Of a DNA stretch of 56,346 nt, positions 45,494 through 55,244 are shown piece by piece. The DNA is from Sulfuritalea sp. (GTDB lineage Bacteria > Pseudomonadota > Gammaproteobacteria > Burkholderiales > Rhodocyclaceae), in the NCBI GenBank assembly GCA_030696505.1, contig JAUYSD010000074.1, positions 1 through 56,346 on the forward strand. The letters run 5' to 3'. Numbering within the stretch: position 1 is the stretch's first letter; the number at the start of each line of letters is the position of its first letter. The translations under genes were made by a program, and so were the position numbers. The notes under the pieces were generated by a model that was not told where the DNA came from, made no database searches, and saw only the letters and a program-made list of their open reading frames with translations.

Positions 45494-45536
45494 GGGCTTT
45501 CGGTCCGGGTTGTCTGGTTGAACTGCGAGTCTCTTG

Positions 45537-45563
45537 TCGAAAGTTGGCGCTGGCGATACGGCG
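45537..45563 (-). repeat. Dispersed 24-bp motif copy 10 (intergenic)
   Basis: CGCCGTATCGCCAGCGCCAACTTT; exact consensus. Confidence 0.9.
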
Positions 45564-45613
45564 TTGCAGGCGTACATCGATGACCAGGCCATGGCGACCG
45601 CCGGTCGCGTCGA

Positions 45614-45817
45614 TCAGCGCGGAAGGGTCACGACGGCGACGATGACGGCGGCGATCAGGAGCAGGACGGGAGGGCCGAGCATCGGCCTTTTGGGCACGAC
45701 GACGCCGCGCAGTTTCTCGACATTTCCGCCTATCCCCTTGATGCGCACGTAGAGCTCGGCAACAGTGCCGACAATGAGCAGGAGTGACACGTAGAAGATG
45801 ATCGTGCGGGTGTCCAT
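45614..45817 (-). CDS. Small two-TM membrane protein
   Basis: 67 aa with two hydrophobic helices, 8 bp after the upstream stop. Confidence 0.6.
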   Translation of the reverse strand: MDTRTIIFYVSLLLIVGTVAELYVRIKGIGGNVEKLRGVVVPKRPMLGPPVLLLIAAVIVAVVTLPR

Positions 45818-45825
45818 GTCGGGGC

Positions 45826-46011
45826 CTAGACAGCGCTGAGCGCCTGCTCCACAGCCTCCAGGCTGCCTGTGACATCTATGGTCTGATCGAGCCCGAAATG
45901 GATCTTGGTGTACTCCTGCTCCAGGGACACCAGGTAATTCACCCGGAGCGGATTGACCTTGATCAGTGCTTTCCCGTCGTGGGCGACGAGTGTGACGAGT
46001 TTGAGGCTCAT
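45826..46011 (-). CDS. Small hypothetical protein, FlbD-like pattern
   Basis: AAGGA RBS; I-VNP--V......T-I-F......V-GSLE-V. Confidence 0.6.
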   Translation of the reverse strand: MSLKLVTLVAHDGKALIKVNPLRVNYLVSLEQEYTKIHFGLDQTIDVTGSLEAVEQALSAV

Positions 46012-46066
46012 TGGCTTTTCCTTCGGCGACTGGCCGGCAACCCGGAAGGGAAGCAGTCCAATCCGC

Positions 46067-46108
46067 AGGCTACCCGCAATGGCGCGCTTGATATGTCTGC
46101 TGTCGAAC
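46067..46108 (-). promoter_or_regulatory. Putative Crp-family box with class II promoter
   Basis: GTTCG-N4-CAGAC (46095-46108) at -41.5 relative to TAGCCT. Confidence 0.5.
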
Positions 46109-46211
46109 ATAACGACTCGCCGGATCACCGGGTAATCGGTCAGGCAAGATTCATTGGATGGCGTGCCGCCTTCAAGCACCGATCCGGTGCCGGCTTTCCG
46201 TCCGGACCTGG

Positions 46212-46253
46212 GTGCGGCAACGTACAGTGCCCGCGCTGCGGGACGCGTAGTGT
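46212..46253 (+). promoter_or_regulatory. Putative Crp-family box with class II promoter
   Basis: GTGCG-GCAA-CGTAC (46212-46225) at -41.5 relative to TAGTGT. Confidence 0.6.
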
Positions 46254-46317
46254 CGAATCCGTGAACGGCGGTGCCCTCGGCATCCGATGCGCTCACACGA
46301 CCTATGGAGACAATCTC

Positions 46318-46392
46318 ATGAACAGCATCATTTACATCGTTGGCCTGGTCGTCGTCGTCCTGGCAGTCCTGTCCTTTTTCGGACTGCGCTGA
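46318..46392 (+). CDS. 24-aa single-TM microprotein MNSIIYIVGLVVVVLAVLSFFGLR
   Basis: GGAGA RBS, GC-biased codons, hydrophobic helix. Confidence 0.7.
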   Translation: MNSIIYIVGLVVVVLAVLSFFGLR

Positions 46393-46509
46393 TCCTCGCT
46401 CGTCAGGCCGAAGGCATCGTTGCCGACACCTGTTTCAGCAGCAGGCTTCGTCGCCACCGGTGAACCCGCTGTTCAAGTCTTACCAGCACCACAGACACTC
46501 CAGGAGACC

Positions 46510-46845
46510 ATGATGGATAGCGCGACCTTGAAGCACGTAGCAGCGAACGAACAGCCAGGATGGAAAACAGAGGAATACCAAGGCAAGCAAATGCATGTCT
46601 GCGCGCAGTCGCGCATGCCCGAGAACGATGCGCTTGCCGGCCATGGGGTGCAATGGACATTCAAGGTGAGAATTACCGGGATCGGCACCGGGCCGATGGA
46701 CCAGGAAGCCGCCAGCGCTACATCGGATCCCGAATTGTTCTATTCCACGCAGGCTGTTGCCGAAGACATGGGTTTCCTCAGGGGTCGCGAGCTGATCGAT
46801 GGGACGAAGGTGTCAAATTCCGTGTCAAACTCGGTGTCAAATTAG
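46510..46845 (+). CDS. Hypothetical protein
   Basis: CAGGAG RBS before ATG; 111 aa ending VSNSVSNSVSN. Confidence 0.65.
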   Translation: MMDSATLKHVAANEQPGWKTEEYQGKQMHVCAQSRMPENDALAGHGVQWTFKVRITGIGTGPMDQEAASATSDPELFYSTQAVAEDMGFLRGRELIDGTKVSNSVSNSVSN

Positions 46846-46860
46846 GTGTCGAATTGACAC
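46809..46860 (+). repeat. 12-bp tandem repeat x4 ending in an inverted half
   Basis: GGTGTCAAATTC-CGTGTCAAACTC-GGTGTCAAATTA-GGTGTCGAATTG-ACAC. Confidence 0.85.
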
Positions 46861-46907
46861 GCGGCCTTGTCGCGGCGCATCCATTCGAATTCCGGGACGA
46901 CTGAGCC

Positions 46908-47772
46908 CATGCCCCGGCCGGCCTCCGCGGTGCCCGCGCCGCTGACGACGCTGCTGGCAACCCGGCGCGGCCAGCGGGTTCCGCTGCCGCCCAGGCTGGA
47001 ACGTCTTTACGGCAGCCTGCGGATGCCGTCGCCGCGTGCACGCCCGCATGTCTTCAGCAATTTCGTGACGACGCTGGATGGGGTCGTTTCGCTCAATGAA
47101 AAAGGACATGCCAGCGGCGGCGACATCAGCGGCTTCAGCGCCCAGGACCGCATGGTGATGGGCCTGTTGCGCGCCATCGCCGATGTCGTGGTGATCGGTG
47201 CCGGGACGCTGGGCGCCGACAGTCGGCACCTGTGGACCGCCGCCGCCATTTTTCCCGAACTTGCCAAGGAGTACCGGCAGCTGAGCCAGGAGCTGGGTCA
47301 AGGCGAGGCGCCGTTGCACGTCATCGTCAGCGGCAGCGGCACCATTGATCTGGGCCTGCCCGTGTTCGCTTCCGGCAAGGTGCAGACCCTGATCCTGACC
47401 ACGACTGCGGGTGCGAAGCACTTGCTGCGGCAGGGTGTGCCCGATTCAGTCGCGGTGCGTGCGATCGGGCGCAGCGGGCGCGCGATTTCGGCGCGGGCGA
47501 TACTCGACGCAGTGTGCCGGGTGCGCCCCGTCCGGCGGATCCTGGTCGAGGGCGGGCCGCGCCTGCTCGGCGACTTCCATGCCGAACGCCTGCTCGACGA
47601 ACAGTTCCTGACGCTCGCACCGCAGATTGCCGGCCGCGACGCCGGCGACGGGCGGCTCAGCCTGGTCATGGGCCAGGCCTTTGCGCCGAACCACGCCTTG
47701 TGGGGAAGCCTGAGCGACGTGCGGCGCGGCGGCAGCCACCTGTATCTGCGCTACTCGTTCCCGCGTGAATAG
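46908..47772 (+). CDS. RibD C-terminal / dihydrofolate reductase family protein
   Basis: NFVTTLDG, LRAIADVVVIGAGT, VEGGPRL, LDE-FLTLAP. Confidence 0.88.
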
Positions 47773-47784
47773 GCCTGGAGCCGT

Positions 47785-48534
47785 TCAGCCCTGCGGACTC
47801 GCCGTCATCTGCCGGCAGTGCTTTTCCAGCTCATCGGGCAGGTCGCCGGGACAGACGCCGCACAGCCGGTTGCCAGGCACCGCGAAATCGATGAAATCGG
47901 GATAGGGCAGGTTCAGCCCGGCCATCAGCTTTCTGAACTCCTCCAGGGTACGTTCGCCGCCGAGCCGCGGATTGCGCATCTTTTCCTGTGCGATCGAGGA
48001 CACGTGGCGGCCCTTGTAGTCGTGCGCCGGATACACCAGAACCTCGTCCGCCAGCACGAACAGTTTTTCGCGCACGCTTTGGTACAAGGCGTCGGCATCG
48101 CCGTCCTGGAAATCGGTGCGGCCGCAGCCGTCGATCAGCAACGCATCGCCGGTGAATACCCGGTCGCCCGCCAGGTAGGAAAAGTGGCCGGCGGTGTGGC
48201 CCGGGGTGTGCAAGGGCTGCAGCGTAATGCCGCCCACCTGCAGCGGCGTGCCCTCTTCGATGCCGAGGTCGGCGCAAGGCAGCCGGTCGCAGGCCGGCGC
48301 CGCGATCCGGCTTCCAGTGCGCTTCTTCAGTTCCAGCGCGGCCGTGATATGGTCGGCGTGGATGTGGGTCTCGAGCGTGCAGGCCAAGGTCAGGCCCAGG
48401 CGCTCGAGTTCGGCCAGGTCGCGCGGGACGGCGACGATGACCGGATCGATCAACACGGCCTGGCCGGTTTCCACGCAGCCGAGCAGATAGGTATAGGTGC
48501 TGGACAGCGGCTCGAACAACTGGCGGAAGATCAT
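47785..48534 (-). CDS. MBL-fold persulfide dioxygenase (ETHE1-like)
   Basis: FRQLFEP-SSTYTYL, THIHADHIT, GCGRTDFQ, YPAHDYKG, NPRL. Confidence 0.9.
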   Translation of the reverse strand: MIFRQLFEPLSSTYTYLLGCVETGQAVLIDPVIVAVPRDLAELERLGLTLACTLETHIHADHITAALELKKRTGSRIAAPACDRLPCADLGIEEGTPLQVGGITLQPLHTPGHTAGHFSYLAGDRVFTGDALLIDGCGRTDFQDGDADALYQSVREKLFVLADEVLVYPAHDYKGRHVSSIAQEKMRNPRLGGERTLEEFRKLMAGLNLPYPDFIDFAVPGNRLCGVCPGDLPDELEKHCRQMTASPQG

Positions 48535-48563
48535 CGTGTGCCCTCGCGTTGGATCAGGCGGTG

Positions 48564-48851
48564 TTACTCGTGCGCGATCGGCGTTTCGGTGAACAGGAAT
48601 TGCTTCAAATGACTTGAGAATTTGGGGTCTTTACGCCGGATCCACTCCAGCAGCATCGAAGCGTGCTCCTTCTCCTCGTCCCGGTTGTGCACCAGGATGG
48701 CCCTGAGCACGGAGTCCTTGCAGGCATCCGCGCGCTGGTTGTACCAGTCCGCGGCTTCCAGCTCTTCCATCAGCGACACGATGGCTCTATGCATGTCGCG
48801 CGTTTCGGCGGAAAGTTCTTCGACGGGTTCGTGATAACCGACACTGGACAT
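48564..48851 (-). CDS. Encapsulated-ferritin-like protein (Flp/EncFtn family)
   Basis: HEP-EELS-ETRDMHRAI-SL-EELEA-DWYNQR, HNRDEEKEHA-M-LEWIRR. Confidence 0.9.
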   Translation of the reverse strand: MSSVGYHEPVEELSAETRDMHRAIVSLMEELEAADWYNQRADACKDSVLRAILVHNRDEEKEHASMLLEWIRRKDPKFSSHLKQFLFTETPIAHE

Positions 48852-48902
48852 CCGATGCTCCCTATGAATGGTGGATTTGTTGCGGAAACCTGTTTGGCGT
48901 AC

Positions 48903-50231
48903 TCACCGGCGCTCCTGCGGCGCGGCGGCGGTTACGCGCCAGACGGCATTGCCGACATCGTCGGCGACCAGCAAGGCGCCCCGGCGGTCGATGGCGACGC
49001 CGACCGGGCGGCCGTAAGCCTTGCCGCTCTCGCTGAGGAATCCGCTCAGCACGTCGAGCGGGACTCCGGCTGGCTTGCCATTGACGAAGGGTACGAAGAT
49101 CACCTTGTAGCCGCTGTGCGGCCGGCGGTTCCACGAGCCGTGCTGGCCGACGAACATGCCTTTGGCGAAAGCCGCGGGCAGCGTGTTGCCGGCCGCGGCG
49201 GCCAGGCCGAGCGAGGCGGTGTGCGGCCCGAGGGCATAGTCGGGGACGATGGCGCGGGCCACCAGGTCCGGCCGCTGCGGGCTCACGCGCGCGTCGACAT
49301 GCTGGCCGTAGTAGCTGTAGGGCCAGCCGTAGAAGCCGCCGTCCTGCAGCGAGGTCATGTAGTCGGGCACCAGGTCGCTGCCGAGTTCGTCACGCTCGTT
49401 CACCGCGGTCCATAATGCGCCGCTGTCAGCTTCCCAGGCCATGCCGACTGGATTGCGCAGCCCGGAAGCGAAAATCCGGTGCGCGCCGTTCTTGAGGTCC
49501 ACCTCCCACACGGCGGCGCGTCCGGCTTCGACTTCCATGCCGCGTTCGGCCACGTTGCTGTTGGAGCCGACGCTCACATAGAGTCGGGTGCCGTCGCGGC
49601 TCGCAACCAGGTTCTTGGTCCAGTGATGGTTGTTCGGCCCGCCCGGCAGTTCGACCCGCCGCGTGCCGGGCGCGGTGATGCGCGTGTCGCCCGCCGCATA
49701 AGGGAAGCGCAACACCGCGTCGGCGTTGGCCACGTAAAGGCTGTTGCCGACGAGTGCCATGCCGAACGGCGAGCTGAGCCCGGCCAGCAGCACCGTGCGC
49801 AGATCGGCAATGCCGTCGCCATCGGTGTCGCGCAACAGCGTGATGCGGTTGGCGCTGGGCACCGCCGCGCCGGCGCGTTGCATCACCAGGCCGGTGATCC
49901 AAGCCTTGAAGCCATAGTCGGTTTCGGCTTTGGGCGGAGCATTGGTCTCCGCCACCAGCACGTCGCCGTTGGGCAGCACGTAAAGCCAGCGCGGATGGTC
50001 GAGGCCGCGGGCGAAGGCGGCGACGCGCATTCCGGCTGCGGCCTGTGGCGTGACGCCGGCAGGCCAGCCGATCGCGGGCGCGATATTCACGGTCGGAATC
50101 AGCGATTCTTGTGCTGCGGGCAATGCGGGCTGCGGCCCGGTGCCGGCGGCGATCGGCAGCGTGGCCATGTCACCGCAGGCGCCAAGTGACAGGGCCGCCA
50201 GTGTCATCGACAGCAGAAATTTCAGGTTCAT
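48903..50231 (-). CDS. Sorbosone/PQQ-dependent sugar dehydrogenase family lipoprotein
   Basis: LGAC lipobox, [37 protein letters not shown]. Confidence 0.9.
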   Translation of the reverse strand: MNLKFLLSMTLAALSLGACGDMATLPIAAGTGPQPALPAAQESLIPTVNIAPAIGWPAGVTPQAAAGMRVAAFARGLDHPRWLYVLPNGDVLVAETNAPPKAETDYGFKAWITGLVMQRAGAAVPSANRITLLRDTDGDGIADLRTVLLAGLSSPFGMALVGNSLYVANADAVLRFPYAAGDTRITAPGTRRVELPGGPNNHHWTKNLVASRDGTRLYVSVGSNSNVAERGMEVEAGRAAVWEVDLKNGAHRIFASGLRNPVGMAWEADSGALWTAVNERDELGSDLVPDYMTSLQDGGFYGWPYSYYGQHVDARVSPQRPDLVARAIVPDYALGPHTASLGLAAAAGNTLPAAFAKGMFVGQHGSWNRRPHSGYKVIFVPFVNGKPAGVPLDVLSGFLSESGKAYGRPVGVAIDRRGALLVADDVGNAVWRVTAAAPQERR

Positions 50232-50264
50232 GAATCCCTTCCTCCCACGCGAACAGGCCAGCGC

Positions 50265-51335
50265 CTACTTGCGCCGCGGCCGCGACAGGACAGGCTGTGC
50301 CGCCTGCAGCCGGCCGGCCCGCAATTCGACCACGGCCTTGGCCACGGCGCGCGCCACATTGCGCGCTTCTTCCTGCACCGCCAGGTCCCGGTCCAGCGCC
50401 TCGTGACTGCTGGCATATGGCTCGTAGTAGCCGATGTAGCGGTCCAGCCTGGCTTGCGCGCCGGCGTCGATGAAACCCATCCAGTCGAGCCAGTCGGACA
50501 GGGCGCGGCGCGCGTCGTCGACGCCGGCCACGTCGCCGTGCACGATCAGACCGTAGGCGCGCCCGGCCAGATGCTGCGGATAGTCCCAGCCGGCCAGTTC
50601 GAGTTCCTTGGCCTTGGCGGCCTTCTTGCCGCCGGTCGAGGTCGGGTCCGGGTTGCCGCCATCGGCACAGACCAGGCGGTCGATCATAAGTTTCAGCGGG
50701 CTCGGGCTCTGGTACCAATACACGGGCGAGACGATGATCACCGCGTGCGCTGCCGCCCAGCGCTCGTAGATCTCCGCCATCCAGTCGTTGGTCTGGTTCA
50801 GTGCGTGATTCGGGTAGCAACTGCAGGGCCAGTGGCACAGGGGCATCGCGGTCGACACGCAGCCCTTGCAGGGGTGGATCTTGCGTCCGTAGTCGGAGGT
50901 CAGCAGGCTCAGGTCGAGCACGTCCGTTTCGATCGCGGCCTGCTCCAGTGCTTCGCGCGCGAGGCCCAGCAGCCGGAAGCTCTTCGAGATCTCGCCCGGG
51001 CAGGTGCCATCGTTGCGCGCCGAGCCGCAGATCAGCAGCACCCGCGAGGGCGTCAGCGGATCGGCCCAGCGCAACTGCGCGTCGTCGATGCGCTGTTTGG
51101 TCGCAAGCCACTCGCTCGACAACTCGTAGTCGGGATCGGCATGGCCCGGTCCGGCCTTCTGCGTGAAGGGGGCCTTGCGGCCTTCGCTGTAGGCCTGCCA
51201 GGCGATTTCTTCGAGCCGCGCAATCGACTGATCCTCGGCGCGGAAGGCCGGATCGACGAAGGAGGCGCGAAAGCGCAGGCCGAATTCGGCGCGCGGCAGC
51301 GGCTCCGGCGCCTGGCCCTGGCGAATCTCAATCAC
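50265..51335 (-). CDS. Flavodoxin family / iron-sulfur flavoprotein-like
   Basis: GSARND-TCPGE, CKGCVSTAMPLCHWPCSC, SPVYWYQ-PSPLKLMIDRL; GTG start inferred. Confidence 0.85.
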   Translation of the reverse strand: MIEIRQGQAPEPLPRAEFGLRFRASFVDPAFRAEDQSIARLEEIAWQAYSEGRKAPFTQKAGPGHADPDYELSSEWLATKQRIDDAQLRWADPLTPSRVLLICGSARNDGTCPGEISKSFRLLGLAREALEQAAIETDVLDLSLLTSDYGRKIHPCKGCVSTAMPLCHWPCSCYPNHALNQTNDWMAEIYERWAAAHAVIIVSPVYWYQSPSPLKLMIDRLVCADGGNPDPTSTGGKKAAKAKELELAGWDYPQHLAGRAYGLIVHGDVAGVDDARRALSDWLDWMGFIDAGAQARLDRYIGYYEPYASSHEALDRDLAVQEEARNVARAVAKAVVELRAGRLQAAQPVLSRPRRK

Positions 51336-51437
51336 GGCGATTCCAATCGGCGTCGGCAACAGCTTGCAGGGCCGGCCTGCAAGGCGCATTGAAAGCAAGC
51401 TCGGGGAACATGCTGCAGGACATCGACAGGTTCACGC

Positions 51438-51962
51438 TCACGCCATGCTGAGGTCTTTGGCTGCGCCGACCGCAGCCTCGATGACTTTCCGTGCGCTGGC
51501 TGTCTCCTGCTCCGTCAGGGTTTCCGCGACCAGCACCACCTGGCCGCTGGCGATGGCATCGCGGACCAAGTCCGAAAGCCAGCCGTCCTTGTGCTTGACG
51601 CCAGTCTGGGCTCCTGCCGCGGCACCGATCAGGCCGCCGAGGCTGGCACCCCAGCCGAGCATGACCAGCGGGGCCACCAGCGGGCTGGCAATGAACAGGC
51701 TCAGGCTGCCGGCGACGATCGCCACCTGGGCCAGGGCGCCGATGCCGGTGCCGACCGCGGCGCCGATCGCGCCGTCCACCAGCACATTGGTCAACACTTC
51801 GTTGTCGGCCGATCCCGGCGCCGGGGCGGGCGGTACCGACTCGGTATCCAGCAGATGCAGCCGGGTGCGCGGCAAACCAAGCTCGATCAGCCGGGCAAGT
51901 GCAGTTTCGGCCTCTTCGTGGTGTGCGAAAAAGCCCGATACATGGTGGCGGTATGGGTTCAT
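51438..51962 (-). CDS. Hypothetical membrane protein with glycine-zipper helices
   Basis: GGAG RBS; GAIGAAVGTGIG and GASLGGLIGAAAG. Confidence 0.75.
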   Translation of the reverse strand: MNPYRHHVSGFFAHHEEAETALARLIELGLPRTRLHLLDTESVPPAPAPGSADNEVLTNVLVDGAIGAAVGTGIGALAQVAIVAGSLSLFIASPLVAPLVMLGWGASLGGLIGAAAGAQTGVKHKDGWLSDLVRDAIASGQVVLVAETLTEQETASARKVIEAAVGAAKDLSMA

Positions 51963-52000
51963 GGCGCTACTCCAGGACGTGTTCCGCGGAACGATATTCA

Positions 52001-52154
52001 AGGCTACCCGGTGCGGCCCGCGCGCTCTGTGCGCCATCGCACCAAGGCGACGCCGGCGGCGGCCAGACGAGCCTTGCCGTCGGTGAAGGCCGGGCTCAGT
52101 CATCCGGCCTATGCGCGCCAGCGCACCGACCTGCCTGCTGCGGGCCTCCATTAT
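52001..52154. promoter_or_regulatory. Two back-to-back putative Crp-family class II promoters
   Basis: GTGCG-CCAT-CGCAC (52029-52042) with minus-strand TAGCCT; GCGCG-CCAG-CGCAC (52113-52126) with CATTAT; both at -41.5. Confidence 0.65.
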
Positions 52155-52215
52155 TCAGCTTCTCCTGCGGAGCGACGTCGCTTCTCCCGGAGATCCCATT
52201 TCACGGAAATCGCCA

Positions 52216-54393
52216 ATGTCCAAGGCACGAAGGGCCCCCGTTCTTGTCCATGATGCCGCCAGGACCGGCGGTTTGACCGAATTGCGGCATCAGGAATCCC
52301 TGCTTAAAACCGGGGCCTTGCAGAATGCGATTCTGAACAGCGCCAACTTCTCCAGCATCGCCACCGACGAAAAGGGCGTGATCCAGATTTTCAACGTCGG
52401 CGCCGAGCGCATGCTGGGCTACGCCGCTGCCGACGTCATGAACAAGATCACCCCGGCCGACATTTCCGATCCGCAGGAGGTCATCGCCCGCGCCAAGGCC
52501 TTGAGCAAGGAACTCAAGACGCCGATCGCGCCAGGTTTCGAAGCCCTGGTGTTCAAGGCCTCGCGCGGCATCGAGGACATCTACGAACTGACCTACATCC
52601 GCAAGGACGGCAGCCGCTTCCCGGCCGTGGTCTCGGTCACCGCGCTGCGCGATGCGCAGAATGCCATCATCGGCTACCTGCTGATCGGCACCGATAACAC
52701 CGCGCGCAAGCAGGCCGAAGAGGCCTTGCAGAAGGCCGGCGCCCTGCAAAGCGCGATTTTCAACAGCGCCAACTTTTCCAGCATCGCCACCGACGCCAGG
52801 GGCGTGATCCAGATTTTCAACGTCGGTGCCGAGCGCATGCTGGGTTATGCCGCCGCCGACGTGATGAACAAGATCACCCCGGCCGACATTTCCGATCCGC
52901 AGGAAGTCATCGCGCGCGCCAAGGCGCTGACCCTCGAACTCGATACGCCGATTGCGCCGGGCTTCGAAGCCCTGGTGTTCAAGGCCTCGCGCGGCATCGA
53001 GGACATCTACGAACTGACCTACATCCGCAAGGACGGCAGCCGCTTCCCGGCGGTGGTCTCGGTCACCGCACTGCGCGACGAACAGGACGCCATCATCGGC
53101 TACCTGCTGATCGGTACCGACAACACGGCGCGCAAGCAGGTCGAAGCCGAGCGCAGCCAGCTCGATCAGGCGCTGCAGGATCGCAACGTCGAGCTGGAAA
53201 GCGCCCGGCTGGTCGCCGACAAGGCCAACCAGGCGAAATCGGATTTCCTTTCCAGCATGAGCCACGAATTGCGCACGCCGCTGAATGCCATCCTCGGCTT
53301 CACCCAGCTCATGGAATCCGGCGCGCCGCCGCCGACGCCGGCCCAGCAGCGCAATCTCGACCAGATACTCAAGGCCGGCTGGTATTTGCTGGAGCTGATC
53401 AACGAGATCCTCGATCTGGCCCTGATCGAGTCGGGCAAGGCGACGCTGTCGCACGAGCCGGTATCGCTGGTCGAGGTGATGACCGAGTGCCGCGCCATGG
53501 TCGAGCCGCAGGCGCAGAAGCGCGGCATAGGCATGAGCTTTCCGCGTTTCGAATTGCCCTATTTCGTCAGCGCCGACCGGACCCGGGTGAAACAGGTCCT
53601 GATCAACCTGCTGTTCAACGCCATCAAGTACAACCGGGCCGACGGCGCCGTCGCCGTCGAGTACGTCCTGAGTCCGCCCAATGCAATTCGCATCACCGTG
53701 CGCGATACCGGCGCCGGCCTGACGCCGGAGCAGGTCGCCCAGTTGTTCCAGCCCTTCAATCGCCTGGGCAAGGAAGCCAGCGCCGAGGAGGGCACCGGCA
53801 TCGGCCTGGTGGTGACCAAGCGCCTGGTCGAGTTGATGGGCGGCAGCATCGGCGTGAACAGCAGTGCCGGGGTGGGCAGCGAATTCTGGTTCGAACTGGG
53901 CCTGACCGCGGCGCCGCTGCTGTCCATCGAGGAGGCCGCGCAGGCGGCATGGGTGCGGCCGCCGGAACTGGCCGGGGCGCCGCAGCGCACGGTGCTGTAT
54001 GTGGAGGACAACCCGGCCAACCTGGAACTGGTCGAGCAACTCATTGCGCGCCGTCCCGAGCTGCGCCTGCTTTCCGCCGCCGACGGCAAGACCGGCATCG
54101 AGTTTGCACTGGCCTATCAGCCGCAGGTGATCCTGATGGACATCAACCTGCCCGGCATCAGCGGGCTCGACGCCATGAAGGTCCTGCGCGCCGACCCGTC
54201 GACGGCGCATATTCCGATCATCGCGCTGAGCGCCAACGCGGTGCCGCATGACATCGAGAAGGCGCTGCAGGCGGGATTCTTCGACTATCTGACGAAACCG
54301 ATCAAGGTCAATCTGTTCATGGATACGCTGGACGTGGCGCTGAACATTGCGCAAACTGCAACCAACCGCATGGCACAACAGGAGCTCTTATGA
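52216..54393 (+). CDS. Hybrid PAS-PAS histidine kinase/response regulator
   Basis: Two near-identical PAS units, MSHELRTPL, GTGIGL, C-terminal REC; start uncertain. Confidence 0.93.
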   Translation: MSKARRAPVLVHDAARTGGLTELRHQESLLKTGALQNAILNSANFSSIATDEKGVIQIFNVGAERMLGYAAADVMNKITPADISDPQEVIARAKALSKELKTPIAPGFEALVFKASRGIEDIYELTYIRKDGSRFPAVVSVTALRDAQNAIIGYLLIGTDNTARKQAEEALQKAGALQSAIFNSANFSSIATDARGVIQIFNVGAERMLGYAAADVMNKITPADISDPQEVIARAKALTLELDTPIAPGFEALVFKASRGIEDIYELTYIRKDGSRFPAVVSVTALRDEQDAIIGYLLIGTDNTARKQVEAERSQLDQALQDRNVELESARLVADKANQAKSDFLSSMSHELRTPLNAILGFTQLMESGAPPPTPAQQRNLDQILKAGWYLLELINEILDLALIESGKATLSHEPVSLVEVMTECRAMVEPQAQKRGIGMSFPRFELPYFVSADRTRVKQVLINLLFNAIKYNRADGAVAVEYVLSPPNAIRITVRDTGAGLTPEQVAQLFQPFNRLGKEASAEEGTGIGLVVTKRLVELMGGSIGVNSSAGVGSEFWFELGLTAAPLLSIEEAAQAAWVRPPELAGAPQRTVLYVEDNPANLELVEQLIARRPELRLLSAADGKTGIEFALAYQPQVILMDINLPGISGLDAMKVLRADPSTAHIPIIALSANAVPHDIEKALQAGFFDYLTKPIKVNLFMDTLDVALNIAQTATNRMAQQELL

Positions 54394-55244
54394 AGCTTTC
54401 CGAGACCGAAATTCTCGATGCCGGCATTCTGATCGTCGACGATCAGGAATCGAACATCGCCCTGCTCGAACGCTTGCTGGGCGAATCCGGCTATACCCAC
54501 GTCAGCTCGACCATGAATCCGGAAGAGGTCTGCGCGCTGCATCGCCAGAACCACTACGACCTGATCCTGCTCGACCTGCAGATGCCCGGCATGGATGGTT
54601 TCCAGGTCATCGAGGCGCTCAAGACCAACGCCGGCGACGGTTATCTGCCGGTGCTGGTCATCACGGCCCAGCCCGGCCACAAGCTGCGCGCACTGCAGGC
54701 CGGCGTGCGCGATTTCGTCAGCAAGCCCTTCGATCTGCTCGAAGTCCGCACGCGCATCCGCAACATGCTGGAAGTGCGGCTGCTGTACCGCAAGCTGGAG
54801 AATTACAGCAAGGAGCTGGAGCAGACGGTGGCCGAGCGCACCGCCGAATTGCGCGAAAGCGAAGCCCGTTATCGCAGCCTGACCGAACTCGCCTCCGACT
54901 GGTACTGGGAGCAGGACGAGAAGGGGAATTTCACCAAGGTCTCCGGCCCGGTGCTGGAGATGCTCGGCATCCAGGTCGGTCCGCTGCAGGGCGACGCGCG
55001 CGAAGTGCGCGACGTGCGCAGCGAGGGCTGGAACCAGACGGAACGGGCGGCATTGCAGGCCGCCATTGCGGCACGCGAGCCCTTCCTCGACCTGATCTTC
55101 AGCCGCAGCAATCCCAACGGCACGCAACAGAAATTCCAGGTCAGCGGCGAGCCGATGTTCAACAAGTCGCTGCGCTTCGTCGGCTACCGCGGCATCGGCA
55201 TCGAACTCACCGCCAGGGAGGACAGCCATGCCGGCAGCGCCTAG
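54390..55244 (+). CDS. REC-PAS response regulator
   Basis: IVDD, LLDLQMP, SKPF, then SDWYWEQD PAS; no output domain. Confidence 0.88.
   Translation: MKLSETEILDAGILIVDDQESNIALLERLLGESGYTHVSSTMNPEEVCALHRQNHYDLILLDLQMPGMDGFQVIEALKTNAGDGYLPVLVITAQPGHKLRALQAGVRDFVSKPFDLLEVRTRIRNMLEVRLLYRKLENYSKELEQTVAERTAELRESEARYRSLTELASDWYWEQDEKGNFTKVSGPVLEMLGIQVGPLQGDAREVRDVRSEGWNQTERAALQAAIAAREPFLDLIFSRSNPNGTQQKFQVSGEPMFNKSLRFVGYRGIGIELTAREDSHAGSA

Noticed and set aside
52338-52777. Two CAGCGCCAACTTYT partial motif matches
   Set aside because: Explained by NSANF codons in the duplicated PAS; no 5' half.
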